64,000 nt of DNA from NCBI GenBank assembly GCA_965205265.1, contig CBDBGH010000003.1, positions 1,824,001 through 1,888,000 of the forward strand, given 5' to 3'. Each line of letters starts with the position of its first letter. Positions within the stretch are counted from its first letter, which is position 1. A model generated the notes under the pieces. It saw nothing but the letters and a program-made list of their open reading frames with translations, ran no database searches and was not told where the DNA came from. A program made the position numbers and the translations under genes. Of this stretch, positions 11,736 through 22,449 are shown piece after piece. Source of the DNA: Alphaproteobacteria bacterium (GTDB taxonomy: Bacteria > Pseudomonadota > Alphaproteobacteria > Bin95).

Positions 11736-12476
11736 ATGGCCGATACAGACATCCTCCTCCAGGAAGACCGCGGCAGCACCCGCATTCTCACCCTCAACAG
11801 GCCGTGCCGCCTAAATGCGCTGAACGGCGCCCTGGTCGATGCAATCTGCGCCGCGGTCAGGCGCGCGCATGGCGATGAAACGGTGGCGTGCATCCTGCTG
11901 CAGGGCAATGAGCGCGCGTTTTCCGCCGGCGCCGACATGAAGGAAGCCGCGGACCATGCCGGCGAAGGCCTGCGCGCCGCCCGCAACCGGGCGGAGGCCG
12001 GGGCGACGATCTACGAGCTCGGCCGGCTGACCGACAAGCCGCTGATTGCGGCGGTGCGCGGCTACGCGCTCGGCGGCGGCTGCAATCTCGCCATCGCCTG
12101 CGACCTCGCGGTCGCGGGCGCAAGCGCCGTGTTCGGCTATCCGGAGGTCCGCCGCGGGCTGGCCGCGACCATGGTCACGCCCGGCCTCGCGCACCGCATC
12201 GGGCCGAAGGCGGCGTTCGAACTGCTGACCCTCGCAGAGGACGTGTCCGCCAACCGGGCGCTGGAACTCGGAATGGTCAACCGGGTCGTGCCGGACGACA
12301 AGGTTCTCGACGAAGCGCTCTCGATGGCGGAGGCCCTGGCGGCTTTCGACCGGGAAGCGGTGCGCGCGACCAAGCGGGTGCTCCAACGCTCCCTCGACCT
12401 CCCGGTCGCGGACGCGCTGTCCGCTGCCCGCGAAACCATGCTTTCCATGCGCCGGGGGATGGTGCCGCCGGAGTGA
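11736..12476 (+). CDS. Enoyl-CoA hydratase/isomerase family protein
   Basis: LNRP..LNAL, AFSAGAD, GYALGGG, FGYPE; stop lies inside the antisense tRNA. Confidence 0.85.
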   Translation: MADTDILLQEDRGSTRILTLNRPCRLNALNGALVDAICAAVRRAHGDETVACILLQGNERAFSAGADMKEAADHAGEGLRAARNRAEAGATIYELGRLTDKPLIAAVRGYALGGGCNLAIACDLAVAGASAVFGYPEVRRGLAATMVTPGLAHRIGPKAAFELLTLAEDVSANRALELGMVNRVVPDDKVLDEALSMAEALAAFDREAVRATKRVLQRSLDLPVADALSAARETMLSMRRGMVPPE

Positions 12477-12534
12477 TTTGAACACTCGACCCCACCCTTA
12501 CCAAGGGTGTGCTCTACCCCTGAGCTACGGCGGC
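12460..12534 (-). tRNA. tRNA-Thr(GGT)
   Basis: Reverse complement GCCGCCGTAGCTCAGGGGTAGAGCACACCCTTGGTAAGGGTGGGGTCGAGTGTTCAAATCACTCCGGCGGCACCA: cloverleaf, GGT anticodon, TTCAAAT T-loop, CCA end. Confidence 0.97.
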
Positions 12535-12582
12535 CCGCCGGGCGCGTCTATGCCACAGGGAACGACGGGAGGGCAAGCGGAG

Positions 12583-12738
12583 ATGGCCGCCTCCGAAGAC
12601 CGGGAGACGAAGGAACAGAAACAACGGCGTCTCGCCGAGGCGCTCCGGCAGAACCTGCGCCGCCGCAAGGCGCGCCAGCGCGGCGAAGGCGACGAGGATA
12701 CCGAAGCGCCCGGCGACATTGCCGAACGGGACTGCTAA
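12583..12738 (+). CDS. Small conserved hypothetical protein upstream of murA
   Basis: RLAEALRQNLRRRKARQR motif typical of the small alphaproteobacterial ORF between tRNA-Thr and murA. Confidence 0.65.
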   Translation: MAASEDRETKEQKQRRLAEALRQNLRRRKARQRGEGDEDTEAPGDIAERDC

Positions 12739-12804
12739 AGCTACAAGCCGGCCGCAAACGCCGCGCCGGCCGGGAGAACGGCCGCTATCGCGGCGCGATT
12801 CAGG

Positions 12805-14166
12805 ATGAGGGCTCGACTCGTGCTCGAAACCGGTGCCAGAGCCTATCGCATTCGCGGCGGCAGGCCGTTGACCGGGGCGATCCGCGCCCAGACGGCCAAG
12901 AATGCCGTGAGCAAGCAGCTGGTCGCCTCCCTGCTGACCGCCGAGCCCTGCCGCCTGCTGGACGTGCCGGACATTTCAGAGATCGACCTCGCGCTCGGCA
13001 TGCTGGCGGAGATCGGCGCGACCGTGTCCCGCGACAACTCCGGGGCGGTGAACATCCAAACCGCCGCCATCGCCTCGACTGCCGTCGGGCAGCGCTATTC
13101 CGGCGTCAACCGCCTGCCTGTGCTGCTGATCGCCCCGCTTCTGCACCGGGCGGGCATGGCGCGCGTTCCGGTCGTCGGCGGCGACCATATCGGCGAGCGC
13201 CCCATAGATTTCCACATCGCGCTGCTGGAGCAGATGGGCGCGCGCATCGATGCCGACCGGGACGGCTATACCGCCAAGGCGGACCGGCTGAAAGGCGCCG
13301 TCGTCCGCCTGCCCTATCCGAGTGTCGGAGCGACGGAAAACGCCATCCAGGCCGCCTGCCTGGCGGACGGCACCACCGTGATCCACAACGCGGCCATCGA
13401 GCCGGAGATCGTCGATACGGTCCTCTTTCTCCAGAAGATGGGGGCGCTCATCCAGATCGAGACCGACCGCAAGATCGTCGTCGAAGGCGTGGAACGGCTT
13501 TCCGGCGCAACCCACCGGCCGATGGCGGACCGCATAGAGGTCGCATCCTTCGCCATGGCAGCGGTCGCGACCGGCGGGCGCGTGCGCATTTCCGGAGCCG
13601 ACCAGCGGGCCATGGTCACGTTCCTCAACGTGCTGCGGAAGGTCGGCGGCGGCTTCGAGATCGTGGACGACGCGATAACCTTCTTCCGCGCCCGCGACAC
13701 ATTGCGCCCGATCCACATCGAGACCGATGTGCATCCGGGGTTCATGACCGACTGGCAACAGCCGATGGCGACCCTGCTGACCCAGGCGGAAGGCGTCTCG
13801 GTCCTGCACGAAACGGTCTATGAGAACCGCTTCGGCTACACCGGCACCCTGAACGACATGGGCGCCAACATTACGCTCACCACCGCCTGCCTCGGCGGCA
13901 AGCCCTGCCGTTTCCTGGAACGCAACTTTCCCCACAGCGCCGTCGTGCAGGGCGCAACGCCGCTTGTCGGCCGGCGAATCGTGGTGCCGGATCTCAGGGC
14001 CGGCTTCGCCTATCTGCTCGCCGCGCTGATTGCCGAAGGGGAAAGCGAAGTCTTGGGAGCCGGCTTCATCGAGCGCGGCTACGCCGATGTTCCGGGACGG
14101 CTGGCGAGCATCGGCGCGGACATCGAGGTCGTTCCTGCATTCGGCGGCGATATGGCAGCTCAATGA
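12805..14166 (+). CDS. murA: UDP-N-acetylglucosamine 1-carboxyvinyltransferase (Asp-type active-site loop)
   Basis: [52 protein letters not shown]. Confidence 0.93.
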   Translation: MRARLVLETGARAYRIRGGRPLTGAIRAQTAKNAVSKQLVASLLTAEPCRLLDVPDISEIDLALGMLAEIGATVSRDNSGAVNIQTAAIASTAVGQRYSGVNRLPVLLIAPLLHRAGMARVPVVGGDHIGERPIDFHIALLEQMGARIDADRDGYTAKADRLKGAVVRLPYPSVGATENAIQAACLADGTTVIHNAAIEPEIVDTVLFLQKMGALIQIETDRKIVVEGVERLSGATHRPMADRIEVASFAMAAVATGGRVRISGADQRAMVTFLNVLRKVGGGFEIVDDAITFFRARDTLRPIHIETDVHPGFMTDWQQPMATLLTQAEGVSVLHETVYENRFGYTGTLNDMGANITLTTACLGGKPCRFLERNFPHSAVVQGATPLVGRRIVVPDLRAGFAYLLAALIAEGESEVLGAGFIERGYADVPGRLASIGADIEVVPAFGGDMAAQ

Positions 14167-14597
14167 GCCGGCAGCTCAAATTGCGCGCGACGTCCGTCGA
14201 GGAACTGCAGGTGATTGCGGCATGTATCCAGGACGCGATTGCACCCCTGGCGGACATGACCTGGATGCGGGACCAGAACCGGTTCGCCATCGTGTTCAAC
14301 CGCTTCCGATGGGAGTGCGCCGGCAACAGGCCGCCTTTCGAGCGCACGCACGCCATGCTGTCTTTCCAGAATGTCCGCGCCGTGCAGACCCACAATGTCG
14401 ACCGCGAGCGGCCGGACGGGCTGCTCAGCCTGCTGACCATAGCGCCGGGCGAAGACGCGGCGGTGGATCTGGCCTTTGCGGGCGGCGCCACAGTGCGGGT
14501 GGACAGCGAACCGCTCGACTGCGTCCTCGAAGACCTGGGCGAACCCTGGCCGACGGCGTGGCGGCCGGACCACGGGGCCGACGGGGGCGCGGCATGA
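14163..14597 (+). CDS. DUF2948 family protein
   Basis: [25 protein letters not shown]; murA-hisG synteny. Confidence 0.85.
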   Translation: MSRQLKLRATSVEELQVIAACIQDAIAPLADMTWMRDQNRFAIVFNRFRWECAGNRPPFERTHAMLSFQNVRAVQTHNVDRERPDGLLSLLTIAPGEDAAVDLAFAGGATVRVDSEPLDCVLEDLGEPWPTAWRPDHGADGGAA

Positions 14598-15256
14598 CCG
14601 GCCCGCTCGTTCTGGCGCTGCCGAAGGGGCGCATCCTCTCGGAAGCGATGCCCCTGGTCCGTGCTGCCGGTATCGAGCCGGAGCCCGGCTTCGACGATCC
14701 GGACGACCGGCGCCTGCACTTCCGGACCAACCTGCCGGACATGTCGATCGTCCGGGTCCGCTCCTTCGACGTCGCCACTTTCGTGGCATTCGGCGCCGCG
14801 GCGATCGGCATTGCGGGCCGGGACGTGATCATGGAGTTCGGGTATGACGAACTCTATGCGCCGCTCGATCTCGATATCGGCCACTGCCGCCTGGCCGTTG
14901 CGGAGCCAGCGGCCATGGTCGCCCATGACAATCCGCGGCGCTGGAGCCAGATCCGCATTGCGACGAAATATCCCGAAGTCACGAAACGGCATTTCGCCGC
15001 GCGCGGCGTGCAGGCGCAGTGCATCAGGCTCAACGGCGCGATGGAGCTCGCGCCTTCCCTCGGGCTCTGCCGCCGCATTGTGGACCTCGTTGCCTCCGGC
15101 GCGACCCTGAAGGCCAACGGCCTGGTCGAAGTCGAGCATATCGCGGACATCACGTCCTGTCTCATCGTCAACCGCACCCTGCTCAAGACGCGCACGGCGG
15201 AGCTTCAGGACTGGATCGAGCGCTTCCGGGAGGTCTCTCTTGCCGAGGCGGCTTGA
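14594..15256 (+). CDS. hisG: ATP phosphoribosyltransferase (short form)
   Basis: [46 protein letters not shown]. Confidence 0.95.
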   Translation: MTGPLVLALPKGRILSEAMPLVRAAGIEPEPGFDDPDDRRLHFRTNLPDMSIVRVRSFDVATFVAFGAAAIGIAGRDVIMEFGYDELYAPLDLDIGHCRLAVAEPAAMVAHDNPRRWSQIRIATKYPEVTKRHFAARGVQAQCIRLNGAMELAPSLGLCRRIVDLVASGATLKANGLVEVEHIADITSCLIVNRTLLKTRTAELQDWIERFREVSLAEAA

Positions 15257-16523
15257 CACGACCGATCCGGATTTTGCCGGAGATTTCGACGCGCTGATAC
15301 GGGCGGACCGGGCCGGGGCGGAAGATGTCGACGCCGCGGTCGCCGCCATTCTCGCCGATGTCCGGGCGCGCGGCGACGCAGCCGTTGCAGAATATACCGA
15401 ACGCTTCGACGGCGTGACCGGCCCGCTGCGCATTCCGGTCGAAACGCTGGACCGGGCGCTTGCGGAAACACCGGCGCCGGCCCGGGACGCGCTCGAACTG
15501 GCGGCATCGCGGATCGAGGCATTCCATCGCGCGCAAATGCCGGCCGACCTCGATTACCGCGATGGGCTCGGCGTGCGGCTCGGCCTGCGCTGGACGCCGA
15601 TAGAGGCGGTCGGCCTGTATGTGCCGGGAGGCTCCGCCGCCTATCCGAGTTCGGTGCTGATGAATGCCGTTCCCGCCCGGGTGGCCGGCGTCGGGCGGCT
15701 CGCGATGACAGTGCCGACTCCGGCGGGCGCGTTCGACCCGCTGGTGCTTGCCGCCGCGCGGCTTGCGGGCATCGAGGAAGTTTACAGGATCGGCGGGGCG
15801 CAGGCCGTAGGCGCGCTCGCATTCGGCACCGGGAGCGTCCCGCCGGTGGACAAGATTGTCGGCCCCGGAAATATCTGGGTCGTGACCGCCAAGCGGCAGG
15901 TTTTCGGGCATGTCGGCATCGACACGATTGCAGGACCGTCGGAGGTGCTCGTCGTCTGGGACGGCTGCTGCCTGCCGTCGTGGATCGCAGCCGATCTGCT
16001 GGCGCAGGCGGAGCACGACGAGGCCGCGCAGAGCGTTCTCATCGCGCTGTCGCACGAGCATGCCGACGCTGTCGAAGCGGAAATCGCCAACCATCTCGAA
16101 ACCCTGCCGCGCGCCGCGACGGCACGCGCGAGCTGGGAGCGCCACGGCGCCTCCATCGTTGTCCGCAACCTGGAAGAAGCGCCGGCGTTGATCGACGCCA
16201 TCGCGCCCGAGCACCTCCAGCTGGCAGTCGCCGATCCGGAACCACTGGCCGGGCGGGTGCGCCATGCCGGCGCCGTATTTCTCGGCGCCCTCACTCCCGA
16301 GGCCATCGGCGATTATGTCGGCGGGCCGAATCATGTGCTGCCGACGTCCCGCGCCGCCCGGTTTGCGTCCGGGCTCGGCGTCACGGACTTCATGAAACGC
16401 ACAACCCTGCTGGGTTGCAGCGCAGATTCGCTGGCCGCCCTGGGCCCGGCCGCCACAGCACTCGCGGCAGCCGAGGGACTGGATGCTCACGGCCTGTCGG
16501 TTGCCCTCCGGCTCGATGGCTGA
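15240..16523 (+). CDS. hisD: Histidinol dehydrogenase
   Basis: [46 protein letters not shown]. Confidence 0.96.
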   Translation: MPRRLDTTDPDFAGDFDALIRADRAGAEDVDAAVAAILADVRARGDAAVAEYTERFDGVTGPLRIPVETLDRALAETPAPARDALELAASRIEAFHRAQMPADLDYRDGLGVRLGLRWTPIEAVGLYVPGGSAAYPSSVLMNAVPARVAGVGRLAMTVPTPAGAFDPLVLAAARLAGIEEVYRIGGAQAVGALAFGTGSVPPVDKIVGPGNIWVVTAKRQVFGHVGIDTIAGPSEVLVVWDGCCLPSWIAADLLAQAEHDEAAQSVLIALSHEHADAVEAEIANHLETLPRAATARASWERHGASIVVRNLEEAPALIDAIAPEHLQLAVADPEPLAGRVRHAGAVFLGALTPEAIGDYVGGPNHVLPTSRAARFASGLGVTDFMKRTTLLGCSADSLAALGPAATALAAAEGLDAHGLSVALRLDG

Positions 16524-17013
16524 CAAGGCGGACGAGAGCCGGTTCCGGATAGCCTCGGTCAGCCTCGACGAACGCCTTGTCCTGCGGCGCACGCCGGAGA
16601 TCGAGCAGGAACGAGCCGTCGCGATCTTCGATCTGGTGGAAAGGAACCGGTTCCGCCTGCTGGAAGGCCCCGCAGGGCCCTATGCGCTGCATCTGGCCGT
16701 CGTCGAGCGAAGGCTGGCACTGCGGGTAGCGGCTCCGGACGATCCGCCTCCGATGGACATCAGCGTTTCGCTCGGCGGCTTCCGGCGGGTCGTGAAGGAT
16801 TACTTCACCATCTGCGACAGCTATTACGAGGCGATCAAACGCCTGTCGCCCTCCCAGATCGAGGCCATCGACATGGGCCGGCGCGCCCTTCACGACGAAG
16901 GCGCGGACAAACTGCAACAGGCGCTGGCGGCCCATGTCGAGCTCGACCACGATACGGCCCGCCGCCTGTTCACCCTGCTTTGCGTCCTGCATTTCCGGGC
17001 CCGGTCCGAATGA
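16516..17013 (+). CDS. UPF0262 family protein
   Basis: EQERAVAIFDL, KDYF.IC.SYY.AI, IEAIDMGRR.LH.EG, TARRLFTL. Confidence 0.9.
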   Translation: MADKADESRFRIASVSLDERLVLRRTPEIEQERAVAIFDLVERNRFRLLEGPAGPYALHLAVVERRLALRVAAPDDPPPMDISVSLGGFRRVVKDYFTICDSYYEAIKRLSPSQIEAIDMGRRALHDEGADKLQQALAAHVELDHDTARRLFTLLCVLHFRARSE

Positions 17014-17450
17014 GCCGCGCACCCCGCCGCCTGCTCTTTGCCTGCACCCGGAACGCGGTGCGTTCGCCCATGGCGGAGGCGCTGGCCGGACGCCGGCTGA
17101 GCCCGGGAACCTCCATCGACTCGGCAGGCGTGGAACCCGGTCTCGTCAATCCGTTCGCGGTTGCGGTCATGGACGAGATCGGCCTCGACATTCGCGGCCA
17201 CCGGGCGCGGACATTCGAGGAGCTTTCGGATTGCTCTTTCGATCTCGTCGTCGCGCTATCGGAAAACGCCTTCCGGGCCGCGAAACTGTTCGCTGCGGGA
17301 TTGGCAGCGACGGTCGAATATTGGGATGTCACGGATCCGACCCTGAACGAAGGATCGCGGGAACAGCGGCTCGCGGCATTCCGTTCGGTACGCGGCGATC
17401 TGGATGCCCGCATACGCGAACGCTTCCCCAACATGCCCCGCCTGGGCTAA
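17010..17450 (+). CDS. Low-molecular-weight phosphatase / ArsC-like protein
   Basis: FACTRNAVRSPMAE P-loop, SAGV, W...DP. Confidence 0.85.
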   Translation: MSRAPRRLLFACTRNAVRSPMAEALAGRRLSPGTSIDSAGVEPGLVNPFAVAVMDEIGLDIRGHRARTFEELSDCSFDLVVALSENAFRAAKLFAAGLAATVEYWDVTDPTLNEGSREQRLAAFRSVRGDLDARIRERFPNMPRLG

Positions 17451-17460
17451 CACGCTCTCC

Positions 17461-18036
17461 ATGGCTTCGCTTGTGCTTGCCTCCGCTTCGCCCCGCCGGC
17501 TCGAATTGCTCCGCCGTATCGGCATCGAACCGGATTGCGTCGCGCCGATGGAAATCGACGAAACGCCGCGGGCCGGGGAGTTGCCGCGGAACCTCGCCGC
17601 GCGGCTTGCCGGGGAGAAATGCGCGGCAGCGGCGGAACGCTTTCCCGAGAGCCATGTGCTTGCTGCGGATACGGTCGTGGCATGCGGGCGCCGGGTGCTC
17701 GGCAAGGCGCGGGATGCCGGGGAGGCGCGCCGTTTCCTCGCCCTGCTGTCGGGCCGCAGACACCGCGTCTGGGGAGGCATTTCGGTGCAGGCGCCCGACG
17801 GGCGGCGGGCAAGCCGGACGGTCCTGACCCATGTGGCGTTCAAGAGGCTGGAGGCGCGCGAGATCGAAAGCTATCTCGCTTGCGGCGAATGGCGGGACAA
17901 GGCCGGGGCTTACGGTATCCAGGGGCGGGCCGGCGCCTTCGTCAGGACGATCACGGGCTCTTACCCGAATGTCGTCGGCCTGGCCCTCTATGAAGCGCGG
18001 TCGCTGCTCGCCGGCCTCGGCTATCCCGCGCCGTGA
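17461..18036 (+). CDS. maf: Maf family nucleotide pyrophosphatase
   Basis: LASASPRR, ADTVV, DKAGAYGIQG, NVVGL. Confidence 0.93.
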   Translation: MASLVLASASPRRLELLRRIGIEPDCVAPMEIDETPRAGELPRNLAARLAGEKCAAAAERFPESHVLAADTVVACGRRVLGKARDAGEARRFLALLSGRRHRVWGGISVQAPDGRRASRTVLTHVAFKRLEAREIESYLACGEWRDKAGAYGIQGRAGAFVRTITGSYPNVVGLALYEARSLLAGLGYPAP

Positions 18037-19118
18037 ACCGGGCCCTGCTGACGGAAGCGCCCTGGGGCCGGGCGGCGGCGCTGCTGGCGGATGACGGCCC
18101 ATCGGAAATAAGGCTCGAACGGCCTGCCGACGAGATCGGTTCCCTATGGCGGGGCCGTGTGCTGCGCGTGGAGCCGGGACTGGGCGCCTTCGTCGATCTG
18201 GGAGGCGACGCGACGGGGTTGCTGGCCTCCGGCAAGCCGCCCCATGAAGGAGCAGCGGTGCTGGTGCAGGCGACCCGGCCCGCAACGGGAGGGAAAGGCC
18301 CGGCGCTCGGCGCGGTGCCGCGCCTTCCCGGCCGATATCTGGTCTATACGCCCCTGAGGGCGGATATTTCCGCGTCGAGGCGGCTGCCGGACGACGGGAC
18401 ACGAGCCCGGCTGCAAGGCTTTGCACGCCGCCTCCTTCAGCCAGGAGAAGGCGCGGTGGTGCGCGCGGCTGCAGCCGCCGCCGGCGACGCCGCCATTATC
18501 CGGGAGCTGGAGGTGCTGCGGTCCCGCTGGCAGCGCATCGACGCGGCCCGGGATGAAGCGCCGGCTCTCCTGTGGCGGGAACCCGACCCGCTTGCAGCCT
18601 TTCTGCGCGACCGGCTGGCCGCCGGCGGCACCGTTCTGGCGGACCGGTTGTTGCGCGGATATGCCGAACGCGCCGCACCGCCGGACGCGCGAATCGAACT
18701 GCTGGAAGAGCCCGGCTGGCGGGCCTTCGGCCTTGAGGACGCCATCGAACGGGCGCTGGAACCCGTCCTGCCGCTCGACGGCGGCGGCAGCATATCCCTG
18801 GAGGAAACGCGCGCAGGCATCGTCATCGATGTGGACGGCGGCGGGCGGAAGGGCGCGCTGGCGCTCAATCTGGAGGCCGCCGGGACCATCGCGCGGGAAA
18901 TCCGGTTGCGAGGGCTTGGCGGGCTGATCCTGATCGATTTCGTCGATCTCGACAGGGCCGCCGAACGGCGCCGGGTCGAACGCCGCCTGGCCGACGGCTT
19001 CGCCGGCGATCCGGCGGCGCGGCGGCAATTGCCGTTCTCGCCGCTCGGGGTGATAGAAATGACCCGCCAGCGACTCGGAGTCCCGCTTGCCGAACAATGG
19101 GCGCTCCGCCGGAGGTAG
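18033..19118 (+). CDS. Ribonuclease E/G family protein (short)
   Basis: S1-like AFVDLG, IDVDGG, N.EAA..IAREIRLRGLGGLILIDF, EMTRQR. Confidence 0.85.
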   Translation: MNRALLTEAPWGRAAALLADDGPSEIRLERPADEIGSLWRGRVLRVEPGLGAFVDLGGDATGLLASGKPPHEGAAVLVQATRPATGGKGPALGAVPRLPGRYLVYTPLRADISASRRLPDDGTRARLQGFARRLLQPGEGAVVRAAAAAAGDAAIIRELEVLRSRWQRIDAARDEAPALLWREPDPLAAFLRDRLAAGGTVLADRLLRGYAERAAPPDARIELLEEPGWRAFGLEDAIERALEPVLPLDGGGSISLEETRAGIVIDVDGGGRKGALALNLEAAGTIAREIRLRGLGGLILIDFVDLDRAAERRRVERRLADGFAGDPAARRQLPFSPLGVIEMTRQRLGVPLAEQWALRRR

Positions 19119-19120
19119 CC

Positions 19121-19327
19121 ATGGCCGACGACCCCGTGAAACTCCGCCCCTTCGGTTCCTGTCCGATCTGCGGCCGGCCCGCCGTGGAGGCGGTGCGGCC
19201 GTTCTGCTCGCCCGGCTGCCGCCACCGCGACCTCGGCCGCTGGCTGACCGAAGGCTATGTCATCCAGGCAGGCGGCGGCCTCGGAGAAGCCCCGGCGGAG
19301 GACCTTCCGCCCGACGAGGACGGATAG
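19121..19327 (+). CDS. yacG: DNA gyrase inhibitor YacG
   Basis: CPICG...RPFCS..C...DLGRWL zinc finger. Confidence 0.92.
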   Translation: MADDPVKLRPFGSCPICGRPAVEAVRPFCSPGCRHRDLGRWLTEGYVIQAGGGLGEAPAEDLPPDEDG

Positions 19328-19418
19328 CCGCGCCCGGCAGCGAAATGCCGCAAAACCGTGCAAAGCATGGCGCTTGCCGCCTTCTTTCATCACCTCTCCT
19401 GGTCTAGAAAGCGTTTCC

Positions 19419-20807
19419 ATGAGCGCTCCTCCCATCGGCCACAATGCGGCTATCGCCGCGCTGCGCGACGTGTTCGGCGACCGGCTGTCCACGTCCGATG
19501 CCGTTCGCGAGCAACACGGCCGGGGCGAGGACTACTTCCCGATGGCGCCGCCCGACGCGGTCGCGTTTGCGCTGACGACCGAGGAGGTCAGCGCCGCGCA
19601 CCGCATCTGCGCCGAATTCGGCCTGCCGGTCATTCCCTTCGGAACCGGCACGTCCCTCGAAGGGCATGTCAGCGCGGTGCAGGGCGGCCTTTCCATAGAC
19701 CTCAGCCGGATGAACGAGGTGCTCGAGGTCAATAGCGAGGACAGCGACTGCCGCGTGCAGGCGGGCGTCACGCGCAAGCAGCTGAACGAGTATCTGCGCG
19801 ATACCGGCCTGTTCTTCCCCATCGACCCCGGCGCCGATGCCTCGCTCGGCGGCATGGCGGCCACCGGGGCCTCCGGCACCAACGCCGTGCGCTACGGCAC
19901 GATGAGCGAAAACATCCTCGGGCTGACGGTCGTCATGCCCGATGGCGAGATCGTCGAAACCGGCGGCCGGGCGCGCAAGTCCTCCGCCGGCTACGACCTC
20001 ACGCGCCTGTTCATCGGGTCCGAAGGCACGCTCTGCACCATCGCCGAAGTGCGCCTCAGGCTCTACGGCATCCCGGAGAGCATCGCGTCCGCGGTCTGCC
20101 AGTTCCCGGACCTGGAGGCGGCGGTCGATACCGTGACGCTCACCATGCAGTCCGGCGTTCCGGTTGCGCGCATCGAGCTTCTGGACGACACGCAGATGGA
20201 CGCCTGCATCCGCTATTCGGACCTCGAGGACTTCGAGGTCAAGCCCACCCTGTTCTTCGAGTTCCACGGCTCCCCGGCCGGCACGGCGGAGCAGGCGGAG
20301 ACGGTCGAAGCCATCGCCGGAGAGCTCGGCGGCAGCGCCTTCCGCTGGACGCGAAACCAGGAAGAGCGCAACAAGCTCTGGCAGGCCCGCCACGATGTCT
20401 ATTACGCGTGCATGGCGCTGAGGCCCGGCTGCCGGGCCTGGTCCACGGATGTCTGCGTGCCGATCTCCCGGCTGGCGGAGTGCCTGATCGAGACCCGCCG
20501 CGATGTGGACGAGACCGGGCTGGTCGCCCCCATAGTCGGGCATGTCGGCGACGGCAATTTTCATTGCGGCATCGTCCTGGACCCGGACGACCCGGAGGAG
20601 ATGGCGGCCGCGCAGGCTTTCAACAAGCGCCTCGTCGCCCGGGCGCTGGCCATGGGCGGCACCTGCACCGGCGAGCACGGCGTCGGCCAGGGCAAGATCG
20701 ACTCGGTCGAGGCCGAGCGGGGCGAGGCCGTGGACGTGATGCGCGCCCTCAAGAGCGCGCTCGACCCGGAAAACAGGATGAACCCCGGCAAGGTGATACG
20801 GCTATGA
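19419..20807 (+). CDS. FAD-linked oxidase (D-lactate dehydrogenase/GlcD-like)
   Basis: PFGTGTSLEGH, DPGADASLGGM, GSEGTL, GHVGDGNFH, GEHGVG.GK, NPGK. Confidence 0.9.
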   Translation: MSAPPIGHNAAIAALRDVFGDRLSTSDAVREQHGRGEDYFPMAPPDAVAFALTTEEVSAAHRICAEFGLPVIPFGTGTSLEGHVSAVQGGLSIDLSRMNEVLEVNSEDSDCRVQAGVTRKQLNEYLRDTGLFFPIDPGADASLGGMAATGASGTNAVRYGTMSENILGLTVVMPDGEIVETGGRARKSSAGYDLTRLFIGSEGTLCTIAEVRLRLYGIPESIASAVCQFPDLEAAVDTVTLTMQSGVPVARIELLDDTQMDACIRYSDLEDFEVKPTLFFEFHGSPAGTAEQAETVEAIAGELGGSAFRWTRNQEERNKLWQARHDVYYACMALRPGCRAWSTDVCVPISRLAECLIETRRDVDETGLVAPIVGHVGDGNFHCGIVLDPDDPEEMAAAQAFNKRLVARALAMGGTCTGEHGVGQGKIDSVEAERGEAVDVMRALKSALDPENRMNPGKVIRL

Positions 20808-21553
20808 CGCAACTCGCCCATGCCGAAATGCGGGAAGACCTCGCCTGCGCGCTGCGCTGGGCCGTCAGGCTGGACCTGCATGAAGGCGTCGACAACCACT
20901 TCTCCGCAGCCGTGCCGAGCGAGGACGGCGAAATGCGGGGCGACCGCTTCCTCATCAACCCCTACGGGGTCCACTGGTCGGAAATGACCGCCTCCGCGCT
21001 CTGCCTCTGCAACGAGGAGGGCGAGGTGCTGGAAGGCGGCGAGAAGGTCGAGAACACGGCCTTCTACATCCACAGCCGCATCCATGTGAACGTCCCCTCG
21101 GCCAAGGTCGTGCTGCACACCCACCAGCCCTACTCCACGGCGATCACGCTGCTGGAGGGCGGGCGGCTGGAGATGTGCGAGCAGAACGCGCTGATGTTCG
21201 ACGACCGCATCGCCTATGACGACGACTATGACGGCCTTGCCCTCGGCAATGACGAAGGCGACCGCCTGGCCCGCGCCATGGGCAACCGGTCCATCGCCTT
21301 TCTGGCAAGCCACGGCGTGATCGTTTCGGGCGAGACCGTGGGCGAGGCATTCACCGACCTCTTCTACCTGGAGCGCGCCGCCCAGTTCCAGATGATCGCC
21401 AGGGCGACCGGCGGGAAGCTGCGGGCGATTTCGGACGAGGTGCGCCAGTCCGTTCGCCAGCAATTCGCCGAGGAGCGGCCGAAGCTGGCGGAACGCCATT
21501 TCGCGGCGCTGAAGCGCATTCTCGACCGCGAAGAACCCGAATACCGGCTGTAA
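20804..21553 (+). CDS. Class II aldolase/adducin family protein
   Basis: NHFS, FLINP.G.HW.E, IHSRIH, VLHTH, HGV. Confidence 0.88.
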   Translation: MTQLAHAEMREDLACALRWAVRLDLHEGVDNHFSAAVPSEDGEMRGDRFLINPYGVHWSEMTASALCLCNEEGEVLEGGEKVENTAFYIHSRIHVNVPSAKVVLHTHQPYSTAITLLEGGRLEMCEQNALMFDDRIAYDDDYDGLALGNDEGDRLARAMGNRSIAFLASHGVIVSGETVGEAFTDLFYLERAAQFQMIARATGGKLRAISDEVRQSVRQQFAEERPKLAERHFAALKRILDREEPEYRL

Positions 21554-21562
21554 GACGCGGCC

Positions 21563-22432
21563 ATGAGGATCGAACGGGTCGGCGACACCATCGACATGCT
21601 CGGCGAGGGGCCGCTCTGGGACGTGGCCGAGCAGGCGCTCTACTGGGTGGACAGCCGGGGATGCAGGATCCACCGGCTCGACTGGGCGAGCGGCGAACGC
21701 CGGGATTGGGACGTGCCGGCGATGATCGGCTCGATGGCGCTCCGCGAGTCCGGCGGCGCCGTCATCGCGCTCCAGACGGGCGTCCACACATTCGACTTCG
21801 AGACCGGCAAGGCGGTGCTGGTCGCCGACCCGGAGGCGGACGATCCCTCCACCCGCTTCAATGACGGCAAGGTGGACCGGCAGGGCCGTTTCCTCACCGG
21901 CACCATGGCGACCCGGATCGGCGAGGAGGCGCGCGGCTCGATCTACCGCTTGGACACCGACCTTTCCCTGCACCGGCTGAAGGGCGGCGTCATCGTCGCG
22001 AACGGCCCCTGCTTCAGCCCCGACGGCGAGACCTTCTACTTCGCCGACACGCGCCGAAATGCGATTTTCGCCTATGACTACGACACCGCGACCGGCGCTA
22101 TCGGGCCGGAGCGCGTGGCCGTGGACACCGCGCCCCATGACAGCGGCCCGGACGGCGGCACCGTGGACAGCGAAGGCTATCTCTGGACCGCCCTCGTCCA
22201 CGCAAGCCGGATTGCGCGCTTCGCGCCCGACGGCAGCCTCGACCGGCTGATCGACATGCCCTGCACCCGCCCCGCCAGCGTCATGTTCGGCGGACCGGAC
22301 CTGGATATCGTCTTCGTGCCGTCGATCCGCGATTCCGGCAATGTGCGCGGCGACAAGGAAATCGACGGCGCCCTGTTCGCCGTTCACGGCCTCGGCGTTA
22401 CCGGCCTGCCCGAGCCGCGCTTCGCCGGTTAG
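21563..22432 (+). CDS. SMP-30/gluconolactonase family protein
   Basis: LGEGPLW, RFNDGKVD, ANGPCFSPDG, PDG..VDSEG.LW. Confidence 0.9.
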   Translation: MRIERVGDTIDMLGEGPLWDVAEQALYWVDSRGCRIHRLDWASGERRDWDVPAMIGSMALRESGGAVIALQTGVHTFDFETGKAVLVADPEADDPSTRFNDGKVDRQGRFLTGTMATRIGEEARGSIYRLDTDLSLHRLKGGVIVANGPCFSPDGETFYFADTRRNAIFAYDYDTATGAIGPERVAVDTAPHDSGPDGGTVDSEGYLWTALVHASRIARFAPDGSLDRLIDMPCTRPASVMFGGPDLDIVFVPSIRDSGNVRGDKEIDGALFAVHGLGVTGLPEPRFAG

Positions 22433-22449
22433 GGCCCGCATTCCGGCCT

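Noticed and set aside
12460-12534. Intact integrative element or prophage at tRNA-Thr
   Set aside because: No integrase, phage genes or duplicated tRNA 3' end found by eye within the window
12478-12582. N-terminal part of ORF 12478-12738
   Set aside because: Overlaps tRNA-Thr; real start is probably ATG 12583
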